From assembly GCA_050273025.1 (NCBI GenBank), contig CP158635.1:31744001-31808000 (forward strand): a stretch of 64,000 nt of DNA. Reading direction: 5' to 3'. The notes under the pieces were generated by a model. The model saw nothing but the letters and a program-made list of their open reading frames with translations, did no database searches and was not told where the DNA came from. Made by a program: the position numbers and the translations under genes. The first letter of the stretch is position 1. Every line of letters begins with the position of its first letter. The stretch is from Cenococcum geophilum. Its lineage: Eukaryota. Shown here piece by piece: positions 12,238 through 23,900 of this stretch.

Positions 12238-14165
12238 ATTATAATTTTAAGCAGAGCATCTTCTGTATATTTCTTATTTATAATATTAGGTTCCTATATA
12301 TCCATAATAGTAGTATTTAAAATATCGCTTTACTAGGCAAGCTCTATTAAACCTTTTAGTTTTCTTATAGGTGCTATTTTAGTAATAAACCTCCGTGTAT
12401 ATTACGGTATTTACACCTAGTATAGTCTTAAATTCTAGCACTAAAGAGGTATCTCTTTACTTCTCCTTTAGGGGCCTAAGCTACCTCTAGCTAATAATCC
12501 TGTAACTACTAAGTACTCTTTAATTTTCTAGCTTAAACTTCCTAATAATAGCCTCCTTTTTTATATTGTTAACTAAACGTATAGGTATGCTATGTATAAC
12601 TACTCCGTATGTAGGTCTAATTACTTAAGCACTCCTCCCTAGGATTTTTTTCTATTTATCTGTGTTTACGCAAGTTGTTTACCTACGCTAGTGTTTTTAT
12701 AAAAATGGTGACGTCTTCTAACCTAAGGATCCGTGACGCGGTAATCTATGCCTTATTTATAAGTACGTTTCCCAATTTAGATAACGCGTTATTTAGTTTT
12801 TCTTAAATATTTTTATAAGGCTCCCTAAATGTCTAAAGAAGCTCCATGTCTATCTTTTTACTAAATTTAATAACTATGCATCGGTATTCCGGTGCCGTTA
12901 GCGTTAGAGTAATGCTAGGTAATAGGCGGGACTATATGGATAGGGGTGGCGGCATGGCTGTAGTAACGTTTACTTAGCTTTAAACGGCTAACTATAGGCT
13001 TCTACTTTGTGCGGTAGGGGGGGGGGGGGGTAGCTGTTTTTTAATTATATTTAATGTGGTCTACCGCGTTCTTAATAGCTTTAGTTTGGCGTTTAAGACG
13101 TATAAGGGTCTCTTCCAGTTTCTTTCCTAAGGGCTGTTTAATAGCTGTTTTAATATATTTTAACACCGAATTAAAGAAGGGCTTGTATACCCTGTACGGG
13201 AGGGCCTTCCTGTCTGCCTTTTTGTGTAGTAGAGTGCCGAATTTGAGGATTTTGGCGATTTTAATTGTGATGTTTTAACTATGCGCGTTATAGTTTAGGT
13301 TAACGCGTCTAATATTAGGCCAGTGGCCTTTCTTTTCGGCCATCTTTAGGTATTAGACGATAGCCAGAGGGCTTATAAGAAGAATGCAGCTTAATTTAAA
13401 ACGCTAGGAGTTGTGGTTATAGAGTTATTTCAAAAATTAAATTTTCGCAAAGATTCGTGTTTTTTTTTTCTCTTTCGCGTCCTAAGCGAGTTCTTACCTC
13501 AGTGGACTCATACTAAGAAATCAATTGCGCTGACGCGCTAAACTCCTTCGGATATTTGATCGATTTCTTAGTCTAAGAGACTTTGGCGAGATTTATATAG
13601 AAGCATAAGCTTTTTTTATAAGGAAAACTTATAATTTAACAAAATTAATTAAAATCCCTATAACATTTTTTAAAATAAAAATTATATTAAATTACTTGAG
13701 AGATCCGGCTTTATAAATTATGAGATTTTAGGCTTTTATACCTTTACGTGGGCCTATATATAAAGGTATTTAAAAGTGCTAATACTTTTAATAATAGGAA
13801 TTTTCACTTTAACGAAATTAATCTTAAATTTGGGAGGGGATAATACAATTTAAAGGCCTTTGGTATATAAAGTAGCCCCCTAAGATTTATTTATAAACTT
13901 TTAAAAACTTAATTTTATTATATGGTGGAGGAAATCCCCTTATAAAATTGTCAAAACTAAGATTTTTGATGATGATTTTAACAAAACTCGCCAAAGGCTC
14001 TTAGACTTACCTCAGCGAGCTCAGACCAAGAAATCGATTGTGCGGATATAGGAATATCCGCACCGTCCGCTAAGCTTATTTAGGACAGCAATCGTTTTCG
14101 TGGTCTAAGAGACTTTGGCGAGATTTGTAGGAAAACCTAAACACGGTTTATATGAGAAGACCTTA

Positions 14166-14992
14166 CTACCCTTTGCGAAAGTATTGCGAAAATCAAAATT
14201 AAGCGAGCCTCCCTCCCGCAGACGTTCGTTTTATAATAATGCTTATATAACCACCAAAAATAAGTCTTATTTTATAAAATTAGTAAATAGAACTATAAAA
14301 TAGATACTAATTTGTAATTTTAAATATATAGCAGCTTAGTAAATAGTGTGGTTGTGGAAATTTAGGTGGTAAAGAGTCGGGCTAAGTATACCCTCTCTAT
14401 CAAAACAATATACCCCCTATAGCCCTACTAATATGGCTTTATATTTTCTAAATAAAGCTATATTTTATAGCCCTATATTAAGGCTATAAAATAAGCCCTT
14501 ATTTATATAAATTGGACTAATATTAGTGGAACTATGTGGGGTATTTTAGAATGGCCGCAAAACTTAAAATGAGGCTCTGCGCTGACTAACCTGACCCATC
14601 TACCCTAAAAATAAGCACCCCCTATAACTCTACTAAAACAGCCCTAAATTATACAAATAAGGGCTTATTTTATAGCCCTAACATAGGGCTATAAAATATA
14701 ACTTTATTCATAGAATATAGAGCTGTATTAGTGGGGCTATAGGGGGTATATTGTTTTAATAGAGAGGGTATGCTCAGCCCGACTCTCTACCACCTAAATT
14801 TCCACAACTACACTATTTGCTAAGCTGCTATATGTTTAGGGTTACGGGGCAGTATCTATTTTACAGTTTTATTTACTAATTTTATAAAATAAGACTTATT
14901 TTTGGTTGTTGTAAAGGTATTATTGTAAAACGAACGTCTGCGGGGGGAGGCTCGCTTAATTTTGATTTTCGCAATACTTTCGCAAAGGGTAG
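14166..14992. mobile_element. Foldback/MITE with very long inverted arms and TA TSD (Tc1/mariner-type target)
   Basis: TA-CTACCCTTTGCGAAAGTATT...AATACTTTCGCAAAGGGTAG-TA; arms pair for ~380 bp around a ~55-bp spacer. Confidence 0.88.
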
Positions 14993-15329
14993 TATTAACT
15001 TTAATAAAAATAATCTACCCTCCCACAATACCTATTAACATAAAAATTACACCAAATTATAGAGAAAAGCCTACTCTATAAGTTATGAGATCTTTAGCTC
15101 CTTATACACGCGCGATATTAAGAGGAGTTCGTTACCGCAGAGGCTCTAACTCCACTGCCCTACTGAGGCGCGTAGTAAACACGCTTACGCCTACGCCACC
15201 AGCCCTCTTCGCAACCAGTAGGTATTCCATCTACTATATACCTATTTAATTTATTTACTTTACAGCCCTTTACAGGTTATGGTGTAGGCCCTAATAGAGT
15301 TATAAGCTCCGCGTCTGTGTAGAGCTGTA

Positions 15330-15825
15330 GAGCTTTGCGAGAGCTCTGCAGAACGAAGCTTAGGGGGAGACCTGCACGGAGCTCTGCACGGAGCTCTACT
15401 AAGGCTCTGCGGAGGCTCTGCACGAAGCTCCGTACGAAGCTCTGTAAAAGCTCTACTCGAAGCTCTGCTCGAAGCTCTGCTTGAAGCTCTGCTTGAGGCT
15501 CTGCTCGAGGCTCTGCTCGAAGCTCTACTCGAGGCTCTGCTCGAAGCCCTATATAGAGCTCCAAAGCTCTACTAACACGCAGCACTAATATACTAGGAAG
15601 GTTCTACAATCGCCCGTATGAACGCCAGTATGAACGCCCATACAGTCGTCTCTACAAACGTCTGCAATTGATCGCCCGTACGAACGTCTGCACGTCTGCA
15701 CGTCTGCACGTCTACACGCCTACACGAAGGTCTGCACAAAGGTCTGCACGAAGGTCTGCACGAAGGTCTGCACGGAGGTCTACTAAGGCTCTGCACGAGG
15801 CTCTGCGCGAGGCTCTGCACAAAGC
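15330..15825. repeat. Degenerate 12-bp (and 8-bp) tandem repeat array, GAAGCTCTGCAC-like
   Basis: Runs of GAAGCTCTGCTC/GAGGCTCTGCAC/GAAGGTCTGCAC and CGTCTGCA units. Confidence 0.9.
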
Positions 15826-16330
15826 TTACCCCCTAGTAGTAGCAGGCGCTCCCCGGGCTAAGGGAGGATATTTTTAAGGAAGGACCTAACTATAACACCT
15901 ACTAGGTGTTGCAATAGCTTTAAGTAGTAGATATCTATATATCTGTATAGTTTTATTAATATTAGTAGACTATTTAATAAGATATAATATATACTTAGGC
16001 TTTTAATAACGCGTTTTTTAACTTTAACAAAATTAATATTAGGACTGAGCAATAGCCGTATTATAAAATTTACACCATTTAGAAGCCCTAAGTCTTAAAA
16101 ATAATGTATAAACTTTTAGTAATAATAACGCGTTATATAAATAAATGAATTAGATATCCGCAATCTTAATTTTACGGATTTTGCTTAGGATTTTAACAAA
16201 ACTCGCCAAACCCTCTCAGACGTGATTTTGCAATTCGGAAGACGGCGTAGGTTATTCCGACGCTAGCTAAAAAATCACGCCTAAGCTCGCTGAGGTAAAG
16301 CGAGTTCCTGATATTTCGGTGATAACTATA

Positions 16331-19300
16331 TAGTAAAACCGCGTTATACCGTTATCTCGGTACAGTAAACCCCCCTTATTACGATATAGGGTATATAACA
16401 ATATATATCTATATTACGATTTACCCCCCTTAATTAAGCCTTTTTTGGTGTAATATTACGATAATCTGACTTTTAACGATATCGTTAAGCACCTACCACT
16501 AATATCGCTATAAGCAGTTTTTAATTCGTCAGATTTGGCCTTTACTTACCGTAAGTTTAGCCATTAAATACATTATACAATAATTAAAATTTATTAAAAT
16601 TATACCCAGACCTTACTCTCTATACTTAATTCTACTATATTTATTATAGGAAGACATAAAAATTCTAAAGCGTAATGCCGTTATGGATTCTCTAATTACG
16701 AGCGTTAAAAAATACATACCCACTACTAAAAATACCCCAGCCTACTATAAAGAGAGCTTACTACCTGGGTAAGCAACTTCCTCCGTCACAAGACTAATTA
16801 ATCCTTAATATTAGAAATATTAAGTGATAAATTTTAACACCTTAATAGAGTTAAATTGCTATGCGGGAGAGGTATATAGGAGCGAAGGAGAGCTGCCGAA
16901 CATCCTCTTTTAGAGGAGGCTCTCTTTAAGTAGCACCAACGCCTATAGAACTCTCGTATTTCTATTACTAGCAATCTTATACGTGCTGCCGCCACTTAGT
17001 TATAGTATTAAATACCTATATTTGCGGAAATAGTTAAGCTAAAGTAGTTATAAGGATAGATAGAAGGCTTTAAAGATCGCAACGGTATTTATAAGAGAAA
17101 GCAGCACGGTAAGGCTGCCTTAGTTAATATAGAAGGAGCAGAAGATCGCATAATAGAGCTTTAAGAGATCGTTGCTCCTTATCTACTAAAGGATATTTAC
17201 AATATGGATAAAACAGGGCTATTTTGGAAGGCTATACTAGATACTACATTGGCTATTAAGGCTTAATTAGAAACAAAAAAGGAAAAGGCAAGAATCTCTC
17301 TTAGCTATTACTCTAATGCAGATAGTTTAGATAAGCTTCCTCTTCTTATAATTGGCTTATTATAATAACCTCGCTACTTCGCATCTAATCGCATTAATAT
17401 AGCCTCATTAAATATTATATAGAGGCATAATAAGAAGGCGTGGATAATAACGGTGATTATACTTAATTGGCTTACCTGGTTTAATAAAAGGATATAGGGT
17501 AGAAAGACTCTCCTCTTAATTAACGGCTTTAGCGCTTATAAAGCAGCCGTTTAAATACTTATTAAGAATAACTCTCTTAAGAATACACGCGTTAAGTTCC
17601 TTCCTCCTAATTATACCTTAGTATACCAGCCGCTTAATTAAGGGATAATTGTAAATTTTAAGCTATTCTACAGGCGATCCTGGCTGCGATTTATAGTAGA
17701 GCACTCGCTTTAGGATAAGGATCCCATTAAACAGATGCATATCCTATAGGCCATTTAATGGTTAATCGTAGCTTAGGGGGAAGTTACGCCGCAAATAATT
17801 AAGAACTGCTTTATTAAATCTACGTTATTTAGCTCTTATATTAGCCCGCGGCCTCACCCTTAAGATTATATAGATCCTTCTGTAGTTAATAAGATATAGT
17901 AACTAGCAGAGCAGCTATATACAGCAGGAAGGATTCGCGCTATAATAGATATTCGGAATTTTATTAAGCTACCAGGTAAGGAAGTAGAGGATTTACTAGA
18001 GGATCTTATTAAAAGTATAGCAGAGCTTTACGTAGGGCCCAATCGCGATATGGAAATAGATAAGGAAGTTATTAATTAACCTTAAATTAAGCTTAATAAG
18101 GCGCTTGTAGCCTTACAAAAGCTTTAACTTTATAAGGAGCAGTAAAGCGACTCCGAGAGAGACGTAATTACGGCTTTATTAAGGCACGAGCGTTAAATCC
18201 AAGGGCGACGATCTTAAAACACTAAGTAGCAGTCGATCGTAATATATTTTGGTGTAGCTAATTAATTAATTACGGCTTCGCGGGTATAGATATAATATCA
18301 TTACCTAATTTTAATTTTGGGTGCATTTTATATATAAGTATTAAATATAACAATACCCCTTTTATAACGATACGCCTAGCTGCAAAACCCATATCGTAAT
18401 AAGGGGGGTTTACTATATACCGTTCCTCTACGGTATACCGGTCAATAGCTAGGAACAGTTGATTTTACTATAGGCTTACGTTTAAATTTAATACGCCGTT
18501 ACGTTTAAAGCCCTCTTATATAAGAACGGTATAGCGCGAGTTATTGTGGTGTTAAAAACCCTATTTTTAGGAGCTGACTTAGGCGCAATTTGGCGCGATA
18601 TATTAACCCCTTCTTAAACCAGCACCGCAGCCATTAATATTTATTAATTTAACACCCCTCTTGCTATAACGAAGCCTAAGGACCTTAAGCGCCTTCGTTG
18701 TTATAGTGTTTCAGAGCGTAAGAGGCAGTAAATCCGGGTATACTGCCATAAAAACCCTAGAAAACCTTAGAGAGACACTGCTCGCCATTTTACCAATCAA
18801 TTTTAACGCCCTATGCGATAGTCTATTATATTAGACTCCTTAAAGCCTAAATATAAGTACCTTAATTTACTAGTCCTTTAACGCGGTAAGGGTGGCTTTA
18901 AGAGGTATAGAGCTCCTAAGAATCCTAAGCTTAAAGAAGCGCTATTTAAATAGCAACAGTATATACAGGCCGCTGCTATACTTATTACCGGCAACCTTAT
19001 TCGGGCTATAGCAATAAAGCTTTAGAATACAATGGCGTACTATTAGGGTTAACAGCAGCCTACCTTCTTAAGCGGTTAGGTTAATAACTTTAAGAAGAGG
19101 AATTATATATTAAGACGGAAGCTACACGGTAAGGCCGGGTTAGCTAATATAGAGGGTGCTTAGGAGCGCATGTAGGAGCTTAGAGCTATTATAAACGAGT
19201 ACTTAAATTAAAACATTTATAATATGGATAAGGTAGGGCTTTTCTATAAGGCTACGCCGGATATAGGACTTATAACTAAAGGGCAATTAGGCACCAAAAA

Positions 19301-20416
19301 ACAGAAGGAGCGTATTACAACCGTCCACTGCAGCAACGTAGACGGCAGCTATATTATACCCCTATAGATTATAAGAAAAGCAAAGAATCCTTAATGTTTT
19401 AGTAAGCAGCGTAGCAACCTAAGGGGCCTTAACTTCGCCTAGAGGTTTAATAAGAGGGCCTAGATAACGGCGTTAATATTCCTTAATTATATTAAGTGGT
19501 TTAATGGCTTAATGGGCGGCAGGAAGGTCCTTCTACTTATTAATTCTGCTCCTGGCCACGCTGCTAGTATAAATATAATGTTAGAGCTTGCCAGCTTACT
19601 TAATACTAGGGTTAAATTCCTACCTAAAAAAGTCACCTCTCTCTATTAGCCCTTAGATTAGGGTATAATTTAAACCTTTAAAGCCTACTACTACCGCTAC
19701 TAGCTATCCTATATAGTAGATTAGGTAGAATAAGATAGGAACCCCCTTAAGTTAATAAACGTACTTAGGGCTATTTAATGGGCCACTGCGGCTTGGCGTA
19801 AGATTAGCCCTTAAACCGTAATAAATTGCTTTACGCATTTAACAATCTTTAGACCCCGTAAGGGCCCCTAGGGTTAACTAAGCGGGTATAGCGAGCCTTA
19901 GCTTGAGGCCGAATTGTAGGTATATACATAGCAGCTTAGCCAGGTAGGGCAAATTAGGCAGTTAATGGCTATTAGTAGCTTTATTAATCTAAAGGGGGAG
20001 GATGCCTTAGTAGAGCCTAAGGCCTTATCAACTCAGAAAGTAATTAAGGCCTTAATTATAGCTTTATATAACGAGCCAGATAATAAGGAAAGCGACGCCA
20101 ATAAACCATAAGTTATTAAGCTTAATAAGGCTTTAGATGTACTAGAGCGCCTTAAGCTCTATAAGGGGCAGTAAGAGGGGGGTAATAAGGCTCTAATTGC
20201 AACTCTCATAAAGGTAGAGAGAGTAATTCGAGGCCGTTAAGCTGTGTAAGCAAAGCAGACGACTATTACGAGCTTCTTTAAGTAGTATGGATAGAGAAAA
20301 GAGTTATTTTAGCCCCTTGCAGCGATTAATAAGTGAACTCGCAATATAACGTTTCTATACGGTATAACGTTCAAACCCCCTACTACCGAGCTGAACGGTA
20401 TAACGCGGTTTTACTG
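16331..20416 (+). mobile_element. pogo/Tigger-like (CENP-B HTH + DDE) DNA transposon 'X', RIPped
   Basis: TIR (C/T)AGTAAAACCGCGTTATACCGTT at both ends, TA TSD; NMDE.GLF (~19220), LLLIDSAPGH (~19530), QPLDQGII (~19650); interrupted at 16363 by element Y. Confidence 0.93.
16363..18415 (+). mobile_element. pogo/Tigger-like DNA transposon 'Y', copy 1, nested just inside the left end of X
   Basis: TIR CAGTAAACCCCCCTTATTACGATA, TA TSD; NMDETGLFW (~17200), LLIDGFSAH (~17515), QPLDQGII (~17625). Confidence 0.95.
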
Positions 20417-20418
20417 TA

Positions 20419-20550
20419 AATGTTAGCTTCGGCCTGATGTCGGTTATATTAAGGATGGATTGAGGGGTACTGGTGACCCACCCACCTTATGTATATATAG
20501 CCTCATTTTTCTTCGTAGACTAATCTACACACGAGTTTTCCAGATCGGCA
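20419..20550 (+). repeat. 3' part of an LTR-like sequence (solo-LTR group ending GATCG(G/A)CA)
   Basis: Shares TGTATATATAG..TTTTCTTC.TAGA..ACACGAGTT with 27057-27105 and ends GATCGGCA; left end and TSD not found. Confidence 0.55.
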
Positions 20551-20605
20551 ATGGTATAAAGTCGCTTTTGCGGATGTCGTAACCCCTTAAGGCTTTGTAT
20601 AATTG

Positions 20606-20840
20606 TGTCGACCTGAATCGGGTTATCTTGTCATCGACTCAGCTACCTCCCATTGACTCGGTCACCTACCCCGTCTTGACTCGGTCACCTACTCCTTGTT
20701 TCCATTGCCACCCCCCTCCCCCCTTCTCGTTCTCATTTCCTACACCTTTCTTATGTATATATAGAGGCTCTTAGAGCCACATTCAATAGACAGAGTCCTC
20801 ATTCTTTTCTTGCAATCAGTGCACGGACATCCGATCAACA
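20606..20840 (+). repeat. Solo LTR
   Basis: TGTCGA..GATCAACA, TSD AATTG, TATA-like TGTATATATAG at ~20755. Confidence 0.88.
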
Positions 20841-20964
20841 AATTGGCAAGCTGACACGACTGGGAATTTTGGCAGGTTCAGAGTTGGAATTTCGATGCTA
20901 GGAACAATTGCATGCAATATCTCATCCTGATTCTCCTCCATCCCAGAATCCTCCGACTGAATTG

Positions 20965-23900
20965 TGTCGAACGCGCAGGTTAAGGCAAGTGTGATTGCAG
21001 TATGTCAAGTGCATAGAAGAGTGATTGATTGTACTATCTAAGTAGGAGGTTGAGATAAAAGGTTGACGACAACCGAGTCACGTGATATAATATCGGGTGA
21101 AAATAACACTCCCCCTTAAACGGTATTGCATCTACCACATTACCTATTAAAACTCCCTGTACACCTAGTATGATTGTAACATAGTCCCCTTATCCGTTAC
21201 GAAGCGTAGAAGCTAGTCGCAGTAAGTAAGGCGTTTAGTAAGGCTGGAAGCTGTTTATCAACCTGTTTAAATATAGAACTTATTAAAATCGGAAGCTATA
21301 AATATAAGTTTCAGAATTACCCCTTACCTAACCTAATTTTCCTTATCCGTTACAGAGCCCTAAGGCTAATTACAGTAGGTAAGGCGTAAAGGCTAGATGC
21401 TTAAGCTGCTCCGTCTACCACATTCTTATTCTAACGTCACCCTAAAATGCTTTCTCTGCGTTGTCCTTTAGCAGAATAAAGGCCTATTAAGGTAAGAAAT
21501 CAATTAAACTTAATTGGACTAAGGGGCTTAGTAAGGGCGTCAGCTACTATATCCCTAGTATTAATAAAAGTAAGTTTAATACGTTTAGTAGTGACTTCAT
21601 CGCGTATAAAGTAGTGTTGGATATTAATATACTTAGTACGCTAGTAGAATTTAGGGTTCTGAGCCAATGCTATTAAAGACTTATTATCGCCGTAAATTGT
21701 AATAAATTTAGTAGCGTTAAGGACTAAGTCCGCTACTAAGTTATCTTTCTATACCTTAACGTTTATATAAGGTTGGTTAATTTGTTATAACTTAGTAAGT
21801 AGTAACTTCAGCCATAAGGCTTCTTTTACTGCTTGTGTTAGGCCTATATACTTAGATTTAGCAATTAATAGGGCAATAGTTATCTGGCGCTTAAAGCTCT
21901 AGGTAATTAGTCTACCACTAAATATAAAGATATATCCAGAGAATAAGCGTTAATTTATAATATTATTGCCATAGCTTATATCTAAGTAGCTAACAAGCGT
22001 TAAATCTTAGTAGTTGCCGCTGTAGTTTATTCCGTAGTCTAGAGTTTCTATAATATATCAGAATATCTGTTTAATTGTAGTAAAATGCTAAGATCCCGGA
22101 TTATGGCTAAACTGGCTAACTTATAAAACTGCGAAAGTAAGATCTAGTTAGGTCTCGATTATTACGTACATAAGGGAACCAACCTGCGATTAATAGGTCT
22201 TAATGTCGTCCTTTAAGGCCTGGCCATTAAATAGTTTAAGATATTAATCTTTCTTATCTATAGGAGTCTTTTCCGGATTTAATAAGGGTTTATTATGCTC
22301 GTTATTTTAGTAGTAAAAGGTCTAGAGCACGCGCTTAAGGTAGCTGCGTTACTAGATCATAATAGTCTTTAGCTTATAATTATAAGTAACGGTTATACCA
22401 AGGTAGTAGCTAATAGGGCTAAGATCTATTATCTCAAATTTGCTATAGAGTTGCTGTTTAAAAGAGTTGACAGCGGCTCTACTACCGATAATCTTAATAT
22501 TATCTACATAGACTAATACGATAAGGCCATTCGCAGAGGTAAAAGGGGAGTTCTTAGTTATAAAAACGCTATAGTTAGCTTAAAGCTTCTAGAAGCCAAG
22601 GCTTATAAGGAAGTTATAAATAACTTTATACCATATATAAGGTAACTGCTTAAGACCGTAAAGACCTTTAAGGAGGCGGTAAACCTCTCCGGATTTGCTA
22701 AAGCCGTAAGGGTATTCGACATATACATCCTCAATAATTTAACCATTAAGAAATACCATTTTAATATCCATTTAATCGATTTTAAGATCGTAATAAGCAG
22801 CTAGGGCGAATAGCGTGCGGAAGGCTATTAGCTTAACCACTACGGCGAAGGTTTAATCGTAATTAATACCATACTGCTATTTGTAGCCTTTAATAACCCA
22901 GCATGCTTTATACCTAAGTATTTCCCCTTTTAGCCTACGCTTAATCTTAAATACCTATTTGCCTTTAAGGACTTTATATAAAGAGTTTACTAATAAGCGT
23001 TAGACGGAGCGCTAGGTTTCGTTTTATAGGAGAGATTTAAGTTTGTCCTATATAGCTTTTAGCCACTATTTTGCATATAGGCCGCTAAAAGCTTCTTTTA
23101 AGGTCACTAGCTTAAGGGGATTGTGTATAAATAACGCATTAAGGAGAATTCGGTTAGGTTGCTAAACGTAACCCTTATAAATCTTAAAGTGATCGTGCTC
23201 GGCAGAGCTAAGTAAGTTAATAGTAATATAGTTTAAAAGGATTTTATTAAGAAAAGCTTCGCTTTTAATAGATTCTTAAAAAGCTTAACTAGCGTAAGTT
23301 TTATAGCTAGATTGTTATAAAGGTGGTTCTAAAATTAGATTCTAAGTTATAGGTTCTAGATCCCGTGATATGAATTCTTTATACAGTTTTTAAAAAAGTA
23401 GTAATATTAATATAGGACAAGGATAAGATGCAAACTAATAATTCTCCCCCTACAGATTAGTATCGTACTCCCCCTACTACTTATTCTCCCCCTAAAACGG
23501 AATATCTTAAGCTTTAATAGTCTTAAAGATAGTAATATTCTTAACTCTATATACCTACTAAGACTAAAAGTCCTATACTTAGTAGATAAAGTTCCCTTTA
23601 AAACTAATAAGAGTAAACTTCTTAGCTCTTAGTTCTAGCTTATTAGACTATATAGGTTTTTTATAGTAGTAAACTATAGAGCCGATAGTACGTAGGTGGT
23701 TAAGGCTAAGCTTTAAGCCGTAGCGCTTCTTATATAGTATAAGATATAAGAGCGGAGCTAAGGGACTTCGGTTACGCAGATAGGCTACTATTTAAATAAG
23801 TTTAGGCTAGAGGTTTTATAGTAGATAACCATAGATATATAAACAGCGAGCTTTTATAGTAAGCGTTCGCTAGTTACGCTTTACAACTCCGTTCTATTCA

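Larger units (their letters stand above)
1825..13430 (-). mobile_element. Tad1/CgT1-like non-LTR retrotransposon (LINE), RIPped, interrupted by Copia B1 (5354-11885) and a solo LTR (12065-12237)
   Basis: Minus strand: ORF1 from ATG near 13343 with Cys-knuckle remnants; endonuclease GDFNL.HP (~4345-4375); RT YR.IALLN..GK (~3215-3250); RNase H start AYTD cut at 1825 by Copia A. The 5' end is approximate. Confidence 0.88.
13494..16298. mobile_element. Non-autonomous long-TIR DNA element with 9-bp TSD (Mutator-like, superfamily uncertain)
   Basis: TSD AGCGAGTTC at 13485-13493 and 16299-16307; termini TTACCTCAG..CTGAGGTAA; ~110-bp terminal module at 13494-13600, repeated at 14008-14130 and inverted at ~16190-16298; no transposase recognised. 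Confidence 0.8.

Noticed and set aside
15277..15877. Repeat array as CRISPR or a repeat protein gene
   Set aside because: Contiguous 12-bp units without unique spacers, no cas genes, eukaryotic context; ORFs are open on both strands because of the repeat.
13494..16298. Starship boundary suggested by TTAC ends
   Set aside because: TTAC is part of an inverted terminal repeat with a 9-bp TSD, and no tyrosine-recombinase captain is visible.
16650..20285. Domesticated CENP-B-like host genes
   Set aside because: Both ORFs lie within TIR/TA-bounded transposons, are full of RIP stops, and Y is multicopy.
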